A model generated the notes under the pieces. That model saw only the letters and a program-made list of their open reading frames with translations. It did not search any database and was not told where the DNA came from. This document shows, in pieces, positions 37,768 to 45,736 of a stretch of 64,000 nucleotides of DNA (position 1 is the first letter of the stretch; the number at the start of each line of letters is the position of its first letter). Source of the stretch: Escherichia phage Eps7; sequence record NC_010583.1, one strand, 5' to 3'. The translations under genes and the position numbers were made by a program.

Positions 37768-37797
37768 ATTATAGCAGAAATCTTAAGTAAAAAGCAA
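37768..37797 (-). promoter_or_regulatory. sigma70-type early promoter
   Basis: ATTATA 37768-37773, AAGCAA 37792-37797, 18-bp spacer. Confidence 0.6.
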
Positions 37798-37827
37798 GTA
37801 CATTTTTAAAATTTCTGCTTGGAGGAG

Positions 37828-38034
37828 TTAAACTCCTGATTCTTCAGCCAGATCAAGCCCAACCAACGTGATTGCCATAATAGCCGCGCCATGTTCTTTC
37901 TCTCCTAGCTCTTTGGCTTGAGTGAGAATATTTAGGAACTGCTTTTGAAAATCTGCAACTTCTTCTGTCATGCCTGCTTCAGCAATAATTCCTTTCAGCA
38001 TAAAGCGTTGTGCCGTAATTTCAGGATTAGCCAT
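37828..38034 (-). CDS. hypothetical protein
   Basis: 68-aa ORF. Confidence 0.45.
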   Translation of the reverse strand: MANPEITAQRFMLKGIIAEAGMTEEVADFQKQFLNILTQAKELGEKEHGAAIMAITLVGLDLAEESGV

Positions 38035-38185
38035 TTATTATCTCCAGTTATTTAGAATGTAAGCCAAACTTAGGATCATAGCGATCGTAAGTCGTACCAT
38101 TAGTTGAAGCCTTGATGCTATGAAAACGACAGTACATAAATTTACGTAGTGCTTTCTTAATAGCTTTCATTTTATTTCCTTAATT

Positions 38186-38262
38186 TGGTAGGGGTGGTGG
38201 GATTCGAACCCACAAAACCTGAATTTTAAGTCCAGTACCTATGCCAATTCGATTACACCCCC
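38186..38262 (-). tRNA. tRNA with anticodon TAA (Leu-type) but short variable arm
   Basis: manual fold: T-arm GTGGGTTCGAATCCCAC, anticodon stem CTGGA/TTCAG, loop CTTAAAA, CCA; D-arm irregular. Confidence 0.45.
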
Positions 38263-38270
38263 ATGTAATC

Positions 38271-38608
38271 TTAGCGAATCTCTAAACCCTGGAAATATCG
38301 AGGGAATGGAGAGCCAACTTCAAAATTGATGCCCCAATTAAGTTCAACGAGTTCAGATTTATTAAGATCTAGGCCATTACCTTCAAAGATATAGCCGTAA
38401 ACCGCAGGGAACATAGCTGCTAGATCTTCCATATCGGAATGAGCATTGTGTTCTTCACGGAACTGCTCAACTCTTCAATAGAACTTTTCTAGGAGACTCA
38501 GGTACGATGAACGTTACCACATCAGTAGAATCATCGGTACGATACACCGTAGCTTGGAACAAGCCAACACCTAAAAGGTTTATTGCCGGAGTAGTAAAAA
38601 TATCCATC
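38271..38608 (-). CDS. hypothetical protein, frame interrupted near 38470
   Basis: two adjacent protein-like frames (MDIFTTPAINLL... and ...EQFREEHNAHSDMEDL...) each below track threshold. Confidence 0.35.
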
Positions 38609-38794
38609 TTAGCCTCGCTCAATGTCTAGACAAATTGCATATTCAGGGTTGATACCAGTACCTTTACATGTAGGACATTCCCATTCTCTACAGAAAATAT
38701 CCCCAGGTTCTGCATCATCCTGCCTACCACTACCATGACAGTCCTTACACCGACATTCTTCTAATGCTTTCTTCATTTCATAGAATCTAGACAT
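38609..38794 (-). CDS. zinc-finger-like small protein
   Basis: 61-aa ORF with CxxC...CxxC. Confidence 0.5.
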   Translation of the reverse strand: MSRFYEMKKALEECRCKDCHGSGRQDDAEPGDIFCREWECPTCKGTGINPEYAICLDIERG

Positions 38795-38811
38795 ATAGTC
38801 TCCTAGTTAAT

Positions 38812-38889
38812 TGGTGGCTCCCGGAGGATTCGAACCTACCTACCTTTCGCTTATGAGGCGACGGCTCATACCAAATGAGCTTGAGAACC
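38812..38889 (-). tRNA. tRNA with anticodon CAT (third CAT tRNA)
   Basis: manual fold: D-stem GCTC/GAGC, anticodon loop CTCATAA, T-loop TTCGAAT, CCA. Confidence 0.55.
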
Positions 38890-38894
38890 AAATT

Positions 38895-38988
38895 TGGAGG
38901 AAGATGCCAGATTCGAACTGGCACACCGTGTCTCCACAGCTACTGGCTGTTTAGCAAACAGCTCCCTTACCTTTAGGGTTAATCTTCC
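38895..38988 (-). tRNA. tRNA-Ser (GCT), long variable arm
   Basis: manual fold: acceptor GGAAGAT/ATCTTCC, anticodon loop TTGCTAA, T-arm GCCAGTTCGAATCTGGC, 94 nt, CCA. Confidence 0.6.
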
Positions 38989-39002
38989 GAATTTATGAAT
39001 AT

Positions 39003-39031
39003 ATTATACAGAAAATTTCGGCATTAAGCAA
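39003..39031 (-). promoter_or_regulatory. sigma70-type early promoter upstream of tRNA pair
   Basis: ATTATA 39003-39008, AAGCAA 39026-39031, 17-bp spacer. Confidence 0.6.
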
Positions 39032-39039
39032 GTGAAATT

Positions 39040-39336
39040 TTACTGAACATTGCACTGATATACTTGTTTGATACGTGTCACTGACTTCTTAGTTGGGTTG
39101 ATAGAAGAACCCTGCCACCAACGTGATTCTGAGCTGAGAACAGCCCCAGGAACAGCTTGTTCTTTTGGCAGAACAATATCAAAACACTGTTCACCCATAT
39201 TATCTTTAATGTGCGACCAAATGTCTAGAGTAAATCGTTCTAGCTTATTACAAACTTGAACTTGACAAAGTTCCTGTTGTGGAGCAGCAAATACAGAAGT
39301 AGATACTAGAGTCAATGCAAGTACAATGCGTTTCAT
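39040..39336 (-). CDS. secreted/periplasmic protein (signal peptide)
   Basis: track ORF trimmed to MKRIVLALTLVSTSVFA start; MREESNM prefix is a leader artefact. Confidence 0.5.
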   Translation of the reverse strand: MKRIVLALTLVSTSVFAAPQQELCQVQVCNKLERFTLDIWSHIKDNMGEQCFDIVLPKEQAVPGAVLSSESRWWQGSSINPTKKSVTRIKQVYQCNVQ

Positions 39337-39366
39337 ATTTGATTCCTCTCTCAAATTTATAAATAT

Positions 39367-39394
39367 ATTATACAGAAATTTTCTATATAAGCAA
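39367..39394 (-). promoter_or_regulatory. sigma70-type early promoter
   Basis: ATTATA 39367-39372, AAGCAA 39389-39394, 16-bp spacer. Confidence 0.55.
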
Positions 39395-39411
39395 GGTAAA
39401 AATTTATGTAT

Positions 39412-39434
39412 ATAGCCCTCTAAGCGAGGGCTAT
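39412..39434 (-). terminator. hairpin ATAGCCCTC-loop-GAGGGCTAT downstream of pnuC-like gene
   Basis: perfect 9-bp stem; T-rich tract is weak. Confidence 0.4.
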
Positions 39435-39441
39435 AACTACT

Positions 39442-40134
39442 TTATTTGTTAACGCGTACAAAGTATCCTTTATAGGCTCCCATAATAGAGTTACCTAAGA
39501 ATACTAGCCACATTGCTAGGATTGCATAAGATGCACCTGTAGATTGAGCAGTTACAAGCCAAATGTACACAGTACCAATGTTAATAGCAATCCAAATCAG
39601 CCATTGTTCAGCATATTGTTTGACCATAAGCCACATAGCAATCACACTACCTACCGCAGTAAATGCATCCAACATTGGGAATGGATCAGCCGTAGTAGCA
39701 AGGAAACTACCATAACCTAACGTGGCTACTGCTAAAATCCCTAGAGTCAGCAAAGCTTGAGCTTTTGTCAGAACTTTAGTTGGAACATCCGGCAGATTAC
39801 TTGGCTTATTTTTATGCCATAAGTACATTCCATAAAACTGCATAGGAACGTAGTATAGCAGGTTTAGTGCAGCGTTACCATAAAGATCTGCGTTTAAAGC
39901 TGTAATACCATATGTAAGAACACCCACTAAGCCCCAAATATAGTTGGAAACACGTCCTTTTGCAACCAGAATAACACAAACCACATTGGTTATTGCAGTA
40001 GCCCAATCTAGAGCTGTACCATTATAGTTTGCTAAACTAATAAAGGCGACTGCTATAAACAGCCACAGATATTCCAGAGGTTTCCAGTTTTTAAAGTCAT
40101 TTACGAGATAGTTAGTCATATTAAAACTCTCCAA
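39442..40134 (-). CDS. pnuC: PnuC-like nicotinamide riboside transporter
   Basis: 230-aa multi-TM ORF overlapping the end of the NadR-like gene; size and topology typical of PnuC. Confidence 0.55.
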   Translation of the reverse strand: MESFNMTNYLVNDFKNWKPLEYLWLFIAVAFISLANYNGTALDWATAITNVVCVILVAKGRVSNYIWGLVGVLTYGITALNADLYGNAALNLLYYVPMQFYGMYLWHKNKPSNLPDVPTKVLTKAQALLTLGILAVATLGYGSFLATTADPFPMLDAFTAVGSVIAMWLMVKQYAEQWLIWIAINIGTVYIWLVTAQSTGASYAILAMWLVFLGNSIMGAYKGYFVRVNK

Positions 40135-41176
40135 AGATAAAGTGATGAATCAGCCAGTCTACTGCGTTTACTGCTTCGTCCATACGAACTTTGTAGTCCG
40201 GAGAGTCGATGTAAACAGTACGCCCTTCAGGGAACTGATTTGGAAATTCTTTCTTCATCTGCTCGAACAGTTCAGAAGTAATTGAACGATCGGAGTTAAT
40301 ACGTAAACCATCATCTACCCACTTGACAGTAGGCGCTAGAACAATTACTAAATCGTAATGTTCTTCTTTTGCAATTGCTGTAACCACAGGGTTCTTACTA
40401 TGTTCATAAAGTCTGTGGTAGAACTCAGTAATAAAAGCATTTGTATCCACAAACATGATCTTATTTGCAGTACGTTTTGCTTCAAACTCTAGCTCTTTGT
40501 GTCTGAACGCAATTTTACTATAGTCTTCGCTGGTAAGCAGATTTTCGTTACCAACTAGATCAACTTCACAATACGTTCGGCCATATTCTTTTACCCACGA
40601 AGTGTTGTATAGCTTCGCAAGGTATTTTGTTAAAGTAGTCTTTCCTGAGCTTTCAGTCCCAATGATTACAACCTTACGCACGTAATCTTTACGAACTACG
40701 CTAGGAAGAAACTCCCAATACTTCATAAGATCATTACGAATCATTGTAGCTGAGATTGGAACACGAGTCCGATCAGAATCTACAATATAATGACCAAACT
40801 TCGGCAGATATTTCTTATATTCTGCATCATAGTCTAGTTCGCTAGAGAAAATGGTGATCTCAGGCAAATGTCCGTAATTTTCATTAAGGATTCTAGCATA
40901 TTCCGGCCAACCATTCGGATATTCAGGAATATCATCTTCAATAATGTACTCTACCGAAATGTGCTCAATATCCGCGTAAGTTTGTTCTAACCAACGAAGT
41001 CGATTCTTTAACTGTAATACTTCCTGATCACGTGTGTTCTGCTTATCCAGCCAACGATTATCATGACTAACTACAACAATAACTCGTTCACACATAGTTG
41101 CTGCTGTGTTTATTAGGTTAATATGACCACGCGTTAATGGCGCGAACTTACCAATTACTAGACCAGTCTTAATCAT
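40121..41176 (-). CDS. nadR: NadR-like bifunctional NMN adenylyltransferase / ribosylnicotinamide kinase
   Basis: N-terminal nucleotidyltransferase motif GKFAPLTRGHINLI and C-terminal Walker A GTESSGKTT; start trimmed to MIKTGLV. Confidence 0.65.
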   Translation of the reverse strand: MIKTGLVIGKFAPLTRGHINLINTAATMCERVIVVVSHDNRWLDKQNTRDQEVLQLKNRLRWLEQTYADIEHISVEYIIEDDIPEYPNGWPEYARILNENYGHLPEITIFSSELDYDAEYKKYLPKFGHYIVDSDRTRVPISATMIRNDLMKYWEFLPSVVRKDYVRKVVIIGTESSGKTTLTKYLAKLYNTSWVKEYGRTYCEVDLVGNENLLTSEDYSKIAFRHKELEFEAKRTANKIMFVDTNAFITEFYHRLYEHSKNPVVTAIAKEEHYDLVIVLAPTVKWVDDGLRINSDRSITSELFEQMKKEFPNQFPEGRTVYIDSPDYKVRMDEAVNAVDWLIHHFIFGEF

Positions 41177-41205
41177 ATTTGATTCCTCTCTCAAATTTAT
41201 AAATA

Positions 41206-41234
41206 TATTATACAGAGAATTTAGCGTTCAAGCA
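41206..41234 (-). promoter_or_regulatory. sigma70-type early promoter
   Basis: ATTATA 41206-41211, AAGCAA 41229-41234, 17-bp spacer. Confidence 0.6.
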
Positions 41235-41390
41235 ATCGAATTTTTAAACTTTTTAGTGGAAAAATCTCAAGGCATTTAGTGGTAGCACGTTGTTGCTACA
41301 ATAATAGTATATGTATTACTAAAGTAAATAAAGAATTAAATACTAAAGACCTTAGTTGAATAACTTATGGGCTTTTCTTTTGCCTTAAAT

Positions 41391-41427
41391 ACAGAAAAGC
41401 CCGCGCTCTCGGAGGAAACGCGGGCTT
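41391..41427 (-). terminator. rho-independent terminator
   Basis: AGCCCGCG-loop-CGCGGGCT stem followed on minus strand by TTTTCT. Confidence 0.65.
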
Positions 41428-41450
41428 GGTTCGAAGATTACGTGTAACTA

Positions 41451-42395
41451 TTACTTGTTACGCATATCCATGATCATTTGACCATCGTAGCCAGTACCAA
41501 CAACAGTCTGCGGTACACCACCTTGTATTTTTCAGCACGAAGCATTTCAAACTTCCAGCTGCTTCCAACGAATCATTTCAGGAGTAATGGTACGTTGCAG
41601 CGCGGCGTTAGCTTCAGCTTCTTTCTTAGCTGCGTACAGTTTAGCATCTGCGTCACGTTCGTTAGCTACTGCCATGTTTTCACGAGCAGAACGATCAGCT
41701 TCAGCTTGCTTAACTTTCTGCTGTGCTTCTTGTTCAACACGAGCCAATTCAGCTTTAGCGGCGTTAACTTGTTCTTCACGAACTTTTGTGTTTTGTACCT
41801 GTTCCATGATTACAGGTGGCAGAGTAATATCCTGAAGGAATACTTGCTTAACCGTGTAACCATAAGGACGCGCGTACTCTTCTACTTCTTGCTGAATAGC
41901 AGTTTGCAGTTGAGCCTGAATCTTAGCGTCGAACAGATCTTGTGCTTTTGGTACAGACTTACCAAACTCACGAATCGTAGATAGCATCTTCTCTTCAACG
42001 TACTTGTTCAGAGCTTGATCCTGAGTACCTGCGTTAACACGGTTCATAGGAGCTTTAGCACCATCAAACTGCAACATAACGGTAATGTCAACAGTGGACT
42101 TAAACTTATCCTGGCTAGGAACCTGAAGTTTATCCAGTTTCATGGAAATATCTTTCGTACTAAAAGTATCAAAAGAAGCAAATGGGTTAACAATATGGAA
42201 GCCTGGCAATACAGGATTAGGGCTAACTTTACCCAGGAAGGTTTGGGTCTTAACAGTACCATCCTGAACAACTGTGTAGGAATTGAGAGCCAGAATAAGA
42301 GCGCCAAGACCAACTACAGCACCAACACCCCAACGTTTGATAGTGCGAATTACTTTTTGCTCAGAAGTCAGTTCTTTAGTGTTTTTAGTAAACAT
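41451..42395 (-). CDS. SPFH/band-7 (stomatin/prohibitin-like) membrane protein, C-terminus frame-shifted
   Basis: 282-aa ORF with N-terminal TM and long Gln/Ala coiled-coil region; protein-like frame continues to stop near 41451. Confidence 0.5.
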
Positions 42396-42406
42396 ATATT
42401 TCCTTA

Positions 42407-42607
42407 TTATTTAGAAGAGTTAGCTACTACAGTTACTTTAGTTGCAGAAATAAACAGGCTAGCATCCACAGCAAATTCAGGAGCTTTGATATCTCCATTA
42501 TGAAATATGACTATACCGGAGACTACTTCAAATGCTAGTGCTGTAACATCGGTGGTATTTACTTGTGAATGTTCACCTACTACTTTTACTATATATCGTG
42601 TTTTCAC
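42407..42607 (-). CDS. hypothetical protein
   Basis: 66-aa ORF downstream of tRNA. Confidence 0.45.
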   Translation of the reverse strand: MKTRYIVKVVGEHSQVNTTDVTALAFEVVSGIVIFHNGDIKAPEFAVDASLFISATKVTVVANSSK

Positions 42608-42633
42608 TTTATTTTCCTAGCAGTTAATAAAAT

Positions 42634-42708
42634 TGGCCGAGGTGACAGGATTCGAACCTGCATAAAGGAATTTAGAAGACTCCTGCCTATCCCTTAGACT
42701 ACACCCCG
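42634..42708 (-). tRNA. tRNA-Arg (TCT)
   Basis: manual fold: acceptor CGGGGTG/CACCTCG, anticodon stem GGAGT/ATTCC, loop CTTCTAA, T-arm GCAGGTTCGAATCCTGT, CCA. Confidence 0.6.
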
Positions 42709-43805
42709 TTTAGGTATTTTTAAGAACTCTTATAAAAGCTCTTAAAGATACCCGACGGTAGGTAGGGTCAGCCCCCTCAGATTAAGCTCTGCAGCCCTTC
42801 CGTCAGACAATATCTTCCAGTTTAAGTCAGGGTGACTTTGTGGTTATGTTCTCCGTATGTGAAGAACTCGGTTAGGCTTAGGTCATGACTCCCAGCCTAC
42901 TGCTGCCACTCAACAGGAATTATCGCGAATTACCTGTACTATTGGGCACCATTAGTGACATCTCTCATGTCAGCGTTTCCCACTCTCATATTCACGCGGT
43001 CTGTTAGAATCGCACCTCCGATTTTCGATGCGAAGCTGGATGCCTAGTCTCAGGTTAAACGGGGCACACACTAGGCAGTGATCCCGAGTTCCGAGTTTGG
43101 TTGAGGCCGTCAGGTTTCCTCGTGGTTTAGCTGTTTCGATTCTAACCTAATACTGATCAGGTGGCGTACCTCCTGAACCGTCATAGTATGTACTCCAGCA
43201 GCGAATGCTTATCCGGTATAAGCCCGAGTTATCCGATTCTTTCCAGAAGGAGCAGTAAAGCTCAATGTCAGCCTGTGAGCATCTGGCAGTGTTATCACAT
43301 AAGTCAGTTCGACACCCCACATTTTAGTGCCTGGTAGATCCCGAATGAAGCCCTCAGTCGTTAGACCTCCATCATTCATCAAAGATTTACGCTACCCACT
43401 ATTCGATGGACAATCGCCGCATTGTGGTATACATACGTTTTCACTTGCATCCTAGACGGGTCAGCGTTGAAAGTTATATGGGTTTCTCAAGCCCAACCTT
43501 CAGTCTTCTACCCCTGGGACACGCACCGTATTTCACACTGTGCCTAGCTCCTGTTGAGACCCATCGTTTTGTATAAATTAGAGAAGAGTTTAGAGGAGAG
43601 GTTTCAGACGCCTCATTTTACAAGAAGTCTCGAACCTATATTCGTTACTCTAGTCACTTGGCCGGATATACCGGACTGGACTCGGAACTCTAACAGGTGA
43701 TCATTCTTAACCCACCGACTCTATTCAGTGTCAGAAGCTATCACTAGGTGAATCGCTAAAGCTCACTCAGCGTAATCGGCTCGCTGTTCTCTAATTTATG
43801 AATCT
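42709..43805 (-). other. ~1.1-kb ORF-free, G+C-elevated segment transcribed from an early promoter (candidate large non-coding RNA or foreign insert)
   Basis: no ORF of 60 codons or more in six frames; sampled G+C ~45-52 percent versus ~30-40 percent in flanks; promoter at 43806-43834 points into it. Confidence 0.4.
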
Positions 43806-43834
43806 ATTATACAGAATTTTGGAACGTTTAGCAA
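43806..43834 (-). promoter_or_regulatory. sigma70-type early promoter reading into the ORF-free segment
   Basis: ATTATA 43806-43811, TAGCAA 43829-43834, 17-bp spacer. Confidence 0.6.
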
Positions 43835-43842
43835 ATCAATTT

Positions 43843-44286
43843 TTAATTAAATTCGCCAGCAACCTGAGCAGCAATGCCACCATCGTAACGACCAGGAAAC
43901 TCTTCCTTAATCGCTTTCATCAGCATACCCTTTGTAATCCCAGGATTCAACTTAACTAATTCTGCAAAGTATTTGCGAATCTCAGAATCAGATAACTGAG
44001 GCGGCAGATACTGTTGTAGCCATTTGTTCAGTATATATTCATACTGAGCAGACTGCAAGCTATAATTATCAAGGTCTTGACCGTGAAGTTTAGCTTTTGT
44101 CTGATTAATGCTTTTCAGTTGAGCTTTTAGATAAGATACAAACTGTTCAGAAGTAATGAAGTCTTTATCAACACGCTGAAGATCTCCGATTATAGTCTGG
44201 TAGCTTTTAGCTACTTCTTTATCAGAACCATCAACCTTAGATTCCTGCAAAGCCCTACGCAAAACATCTAGAATATTCTCTTCCAT
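43843..44286 (-). CDS. GatB/YqeY-domain-like protein
   Basis: 147-aa ORF; recalled resemblance of C-terminal region to YqeY family; TAATG overlap with upstream small ORF. Confidence 0.45.
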   Translation of the reverse strand: MEENILDVLRRALQESKVDGSDKEVAKSYQTIIGDLQRVDKDFITSEQFVSYLKAQLKSINQTKAKLHGQDLDNYSLQSAQYEYILNKWLQQYLPPQLSDSEIRKYFAELVKLNPGITKGMLMKAIKEEFPGRYDGGIAAQVAGEFN

Positions 44287-44456
44287 TATTTAATTCCCAG
44301 TGCTTGGTTAAAAGATTGTTCTGTCATAACTGCCGAGACTTTAGCGAAATCAAACTTCTTAGGGTTTGTAGTAATTTCAGCAACGTTAGTAGTTTTAACT
44401 GTTTTCGTAGTACGGATACCACGAGTATTAACACCAATAATTACAACTGATTTCAT
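44286..44456 (-). CDS. small hypothetical protein (56 aa)
   Basis: ORF below track threshold, 32 nt downstream of promoter. Confidence 0.4.
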   Translation of the reverse strand: MKSVVIIGVNTRGIRTTKTVKTTNVAEITTNPKKFDFAKVSAVMTEQSFNQALGIK

Positions 44457-44487
44457 ATTTCGCTTCCTCTCATTAATTTATGAAAGT

Positions 44488-44516
44488 ATTATACAGAAAT
44501 TTAAGGCTTTAAGCAA
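44488..44516 (-). promoter_or_regulatory. sigma70-type early promoter
   Basis: ATTATA 44488-44493, AAGCAA 44511-44516, 17-bp spacer. Confidence 0.6.
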
Positions 44517-44524
44517 TCGAATTT

Positions 44525-44992
44525 TTAAGTTTTCTTAACCACAGGCTTGTAGAACGTATGGCCTTGAATCTTCGTTGTTTTCTTAAACTTCTTTGTCCAG
44601 TACGGTTTATCTTTACCACTATGGAAGTATAACGCTCCATGTGTTGGATCTTGTGGTAAATCAACGTAGTATATCACTCTAGCTAAATTCTTAGCAACTT
44701 GCCAAGCCTCATCGGTTTTATCAACTTTTGGTCTCTTGGCCACCCAAGAGAACTGGTTAGACTGATATACTACTTTACAGTAAGAATCAGGAAAGTACCA
44801 GAGTTAACACGGTTTTTTAGTAACCTGTGCAACTGCGATCATTCCTTTAGTGCCCTCACCTCGTGCTTCGAAGTAGATATTTTTTGCAATGCAATCAATC
44901 TGCTTTGAGTCGTAGGTCGCATGACTATTGAAGCTATAGGTTAGGGCAGCTATTAAAAGCAAAGCTGCCTTCATTTTATTTACTCCGGCCAA
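44525..44992 (-). CDS. SleB-like cell wall hydrolase with signal peptide, frame interrupted
   Basis: ORFs 44804..44992 (signal peptide, NIYFEARGE) and 44525..44743 (HGALYFHS); intervening frame reads VNSGTFPDSYCKVVYQSNQFSW. Confidence 0.5.
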
Positions 44993-45297
44993 TCGTACTC
45001 AATACGATTAGGGCTTTCTTGATACCCTTCGTCTAAGAGATCATTACGCATGGTCTCTTTAGCTACTGGGTTCGAGGTTACTAGTACCACTTTCTTGGGT
45101 CTCTGACCAAATTCTAGGAGTAAACGAAGAATTTGATAACCTTCCATACCATCTACAGCCAGATCGTTATCCATATAAACGAAATGACCTGTGGTATCGG
45201 TTTTATTCAGAAACTCAATAGCGGCTTCGGGGGTTCGAATGATAATGTCCATTCCATGAAGGTTACGTACATCATCAATCAGAATATGAAAAATCAT
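44980..45297 (-). CDS. receiver (REC/CheY-like) domain protein candidate
   Basis: 105-aa ORF with ILIDD ... YMDNDL ... VVLVTS ... K spacing resembling response-regulator receiver domains. Confidence 0.4.
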   Translation of the reverse strand: MIFHILIDDVRNLHGMDIIIRTPEAAIEFLNKTDTTGHFVYMDNDLAVDGMEGYQILRLLLEFGQRPKKVVLVTSNPVAKETMRNDLLDEGYQESPNRIEYDWPE

Positions 45298-45327
45298 AAT
45301 AGCCTCGTCTCATCAATTTAAAAATAT

Positions 45328-45356
45328 ATTATACAGAAAACTAAACTAATTAGCAA
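45328..45356 (-). promoter_or_regulatory. sigma70-type early promoter
   Basis: ATTATA 45328-45333, TAGCAA 45351-45356, 17-bp spacer. Confidence 0.6.
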
Positions 45357-45736
45357 ATACATTTTTAAATTGAGAGACTAGTAAACCGATAAACAGCCTA
45401 GAGGCGCCACAGGCCATATCTTATGAGCCATGTACCTTTGATCTAGGGTTTGAATCATCAACGAATACTTTGCATCTTTTAGCTTTAGAAGGTTAGAAGT
45501 TTGAGTTCTTTTAACTTTTCAGCTTTCATACTTGAGCGTTGATCTTTGAAGTTGTGTTGGTACTACCAACGACCGTTTTTACAGTTCAGCTTAAGAGGCT
45601 GGTGTAATAAACATAATCTCCAATAGATTATACTTTATAGTATGGTCAGCGGTCTTATTTAACCTCGTATTTCAACCGCTGCTGCGAGGTAAGATGCTTG
45701 GGCTTTCGTCTACCGATTTACTAGTCTTTTAAATTA

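Noticed and set aside
39337-39354. N-terminal MREESNM extension of ORFs 39040..39354 and 40121..41194
   Set aside because: Comes from the conserved promoter leader (TTGAGAGAGGAATCAAAT-ATG) giving an in-frame TTG; real starts are the downstream ATGs.
41478-42503. Plus-strand ORFs 41478..41984, 41587..41835, 42015..42503
   Set aside because: Antisense to the SPFH-like gene; low-complexity Ser/Leu-rich translations.
42709-43805. Possibility that the ORF-free segment is a recoded (stop-codon reassigned) gene
   Set aside because: All three stop codons occur in every frame at random-like density, and the rest of the window uses the standard code.
42709-43805. Possibility that the segment is an rRNA fragment, RNase P RNA, tmRNA or a group I/II intron
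   Set aside because: No recognisable conserved core sequences of these RNAs found by eye; remains unassigned rather than confirmed absent.
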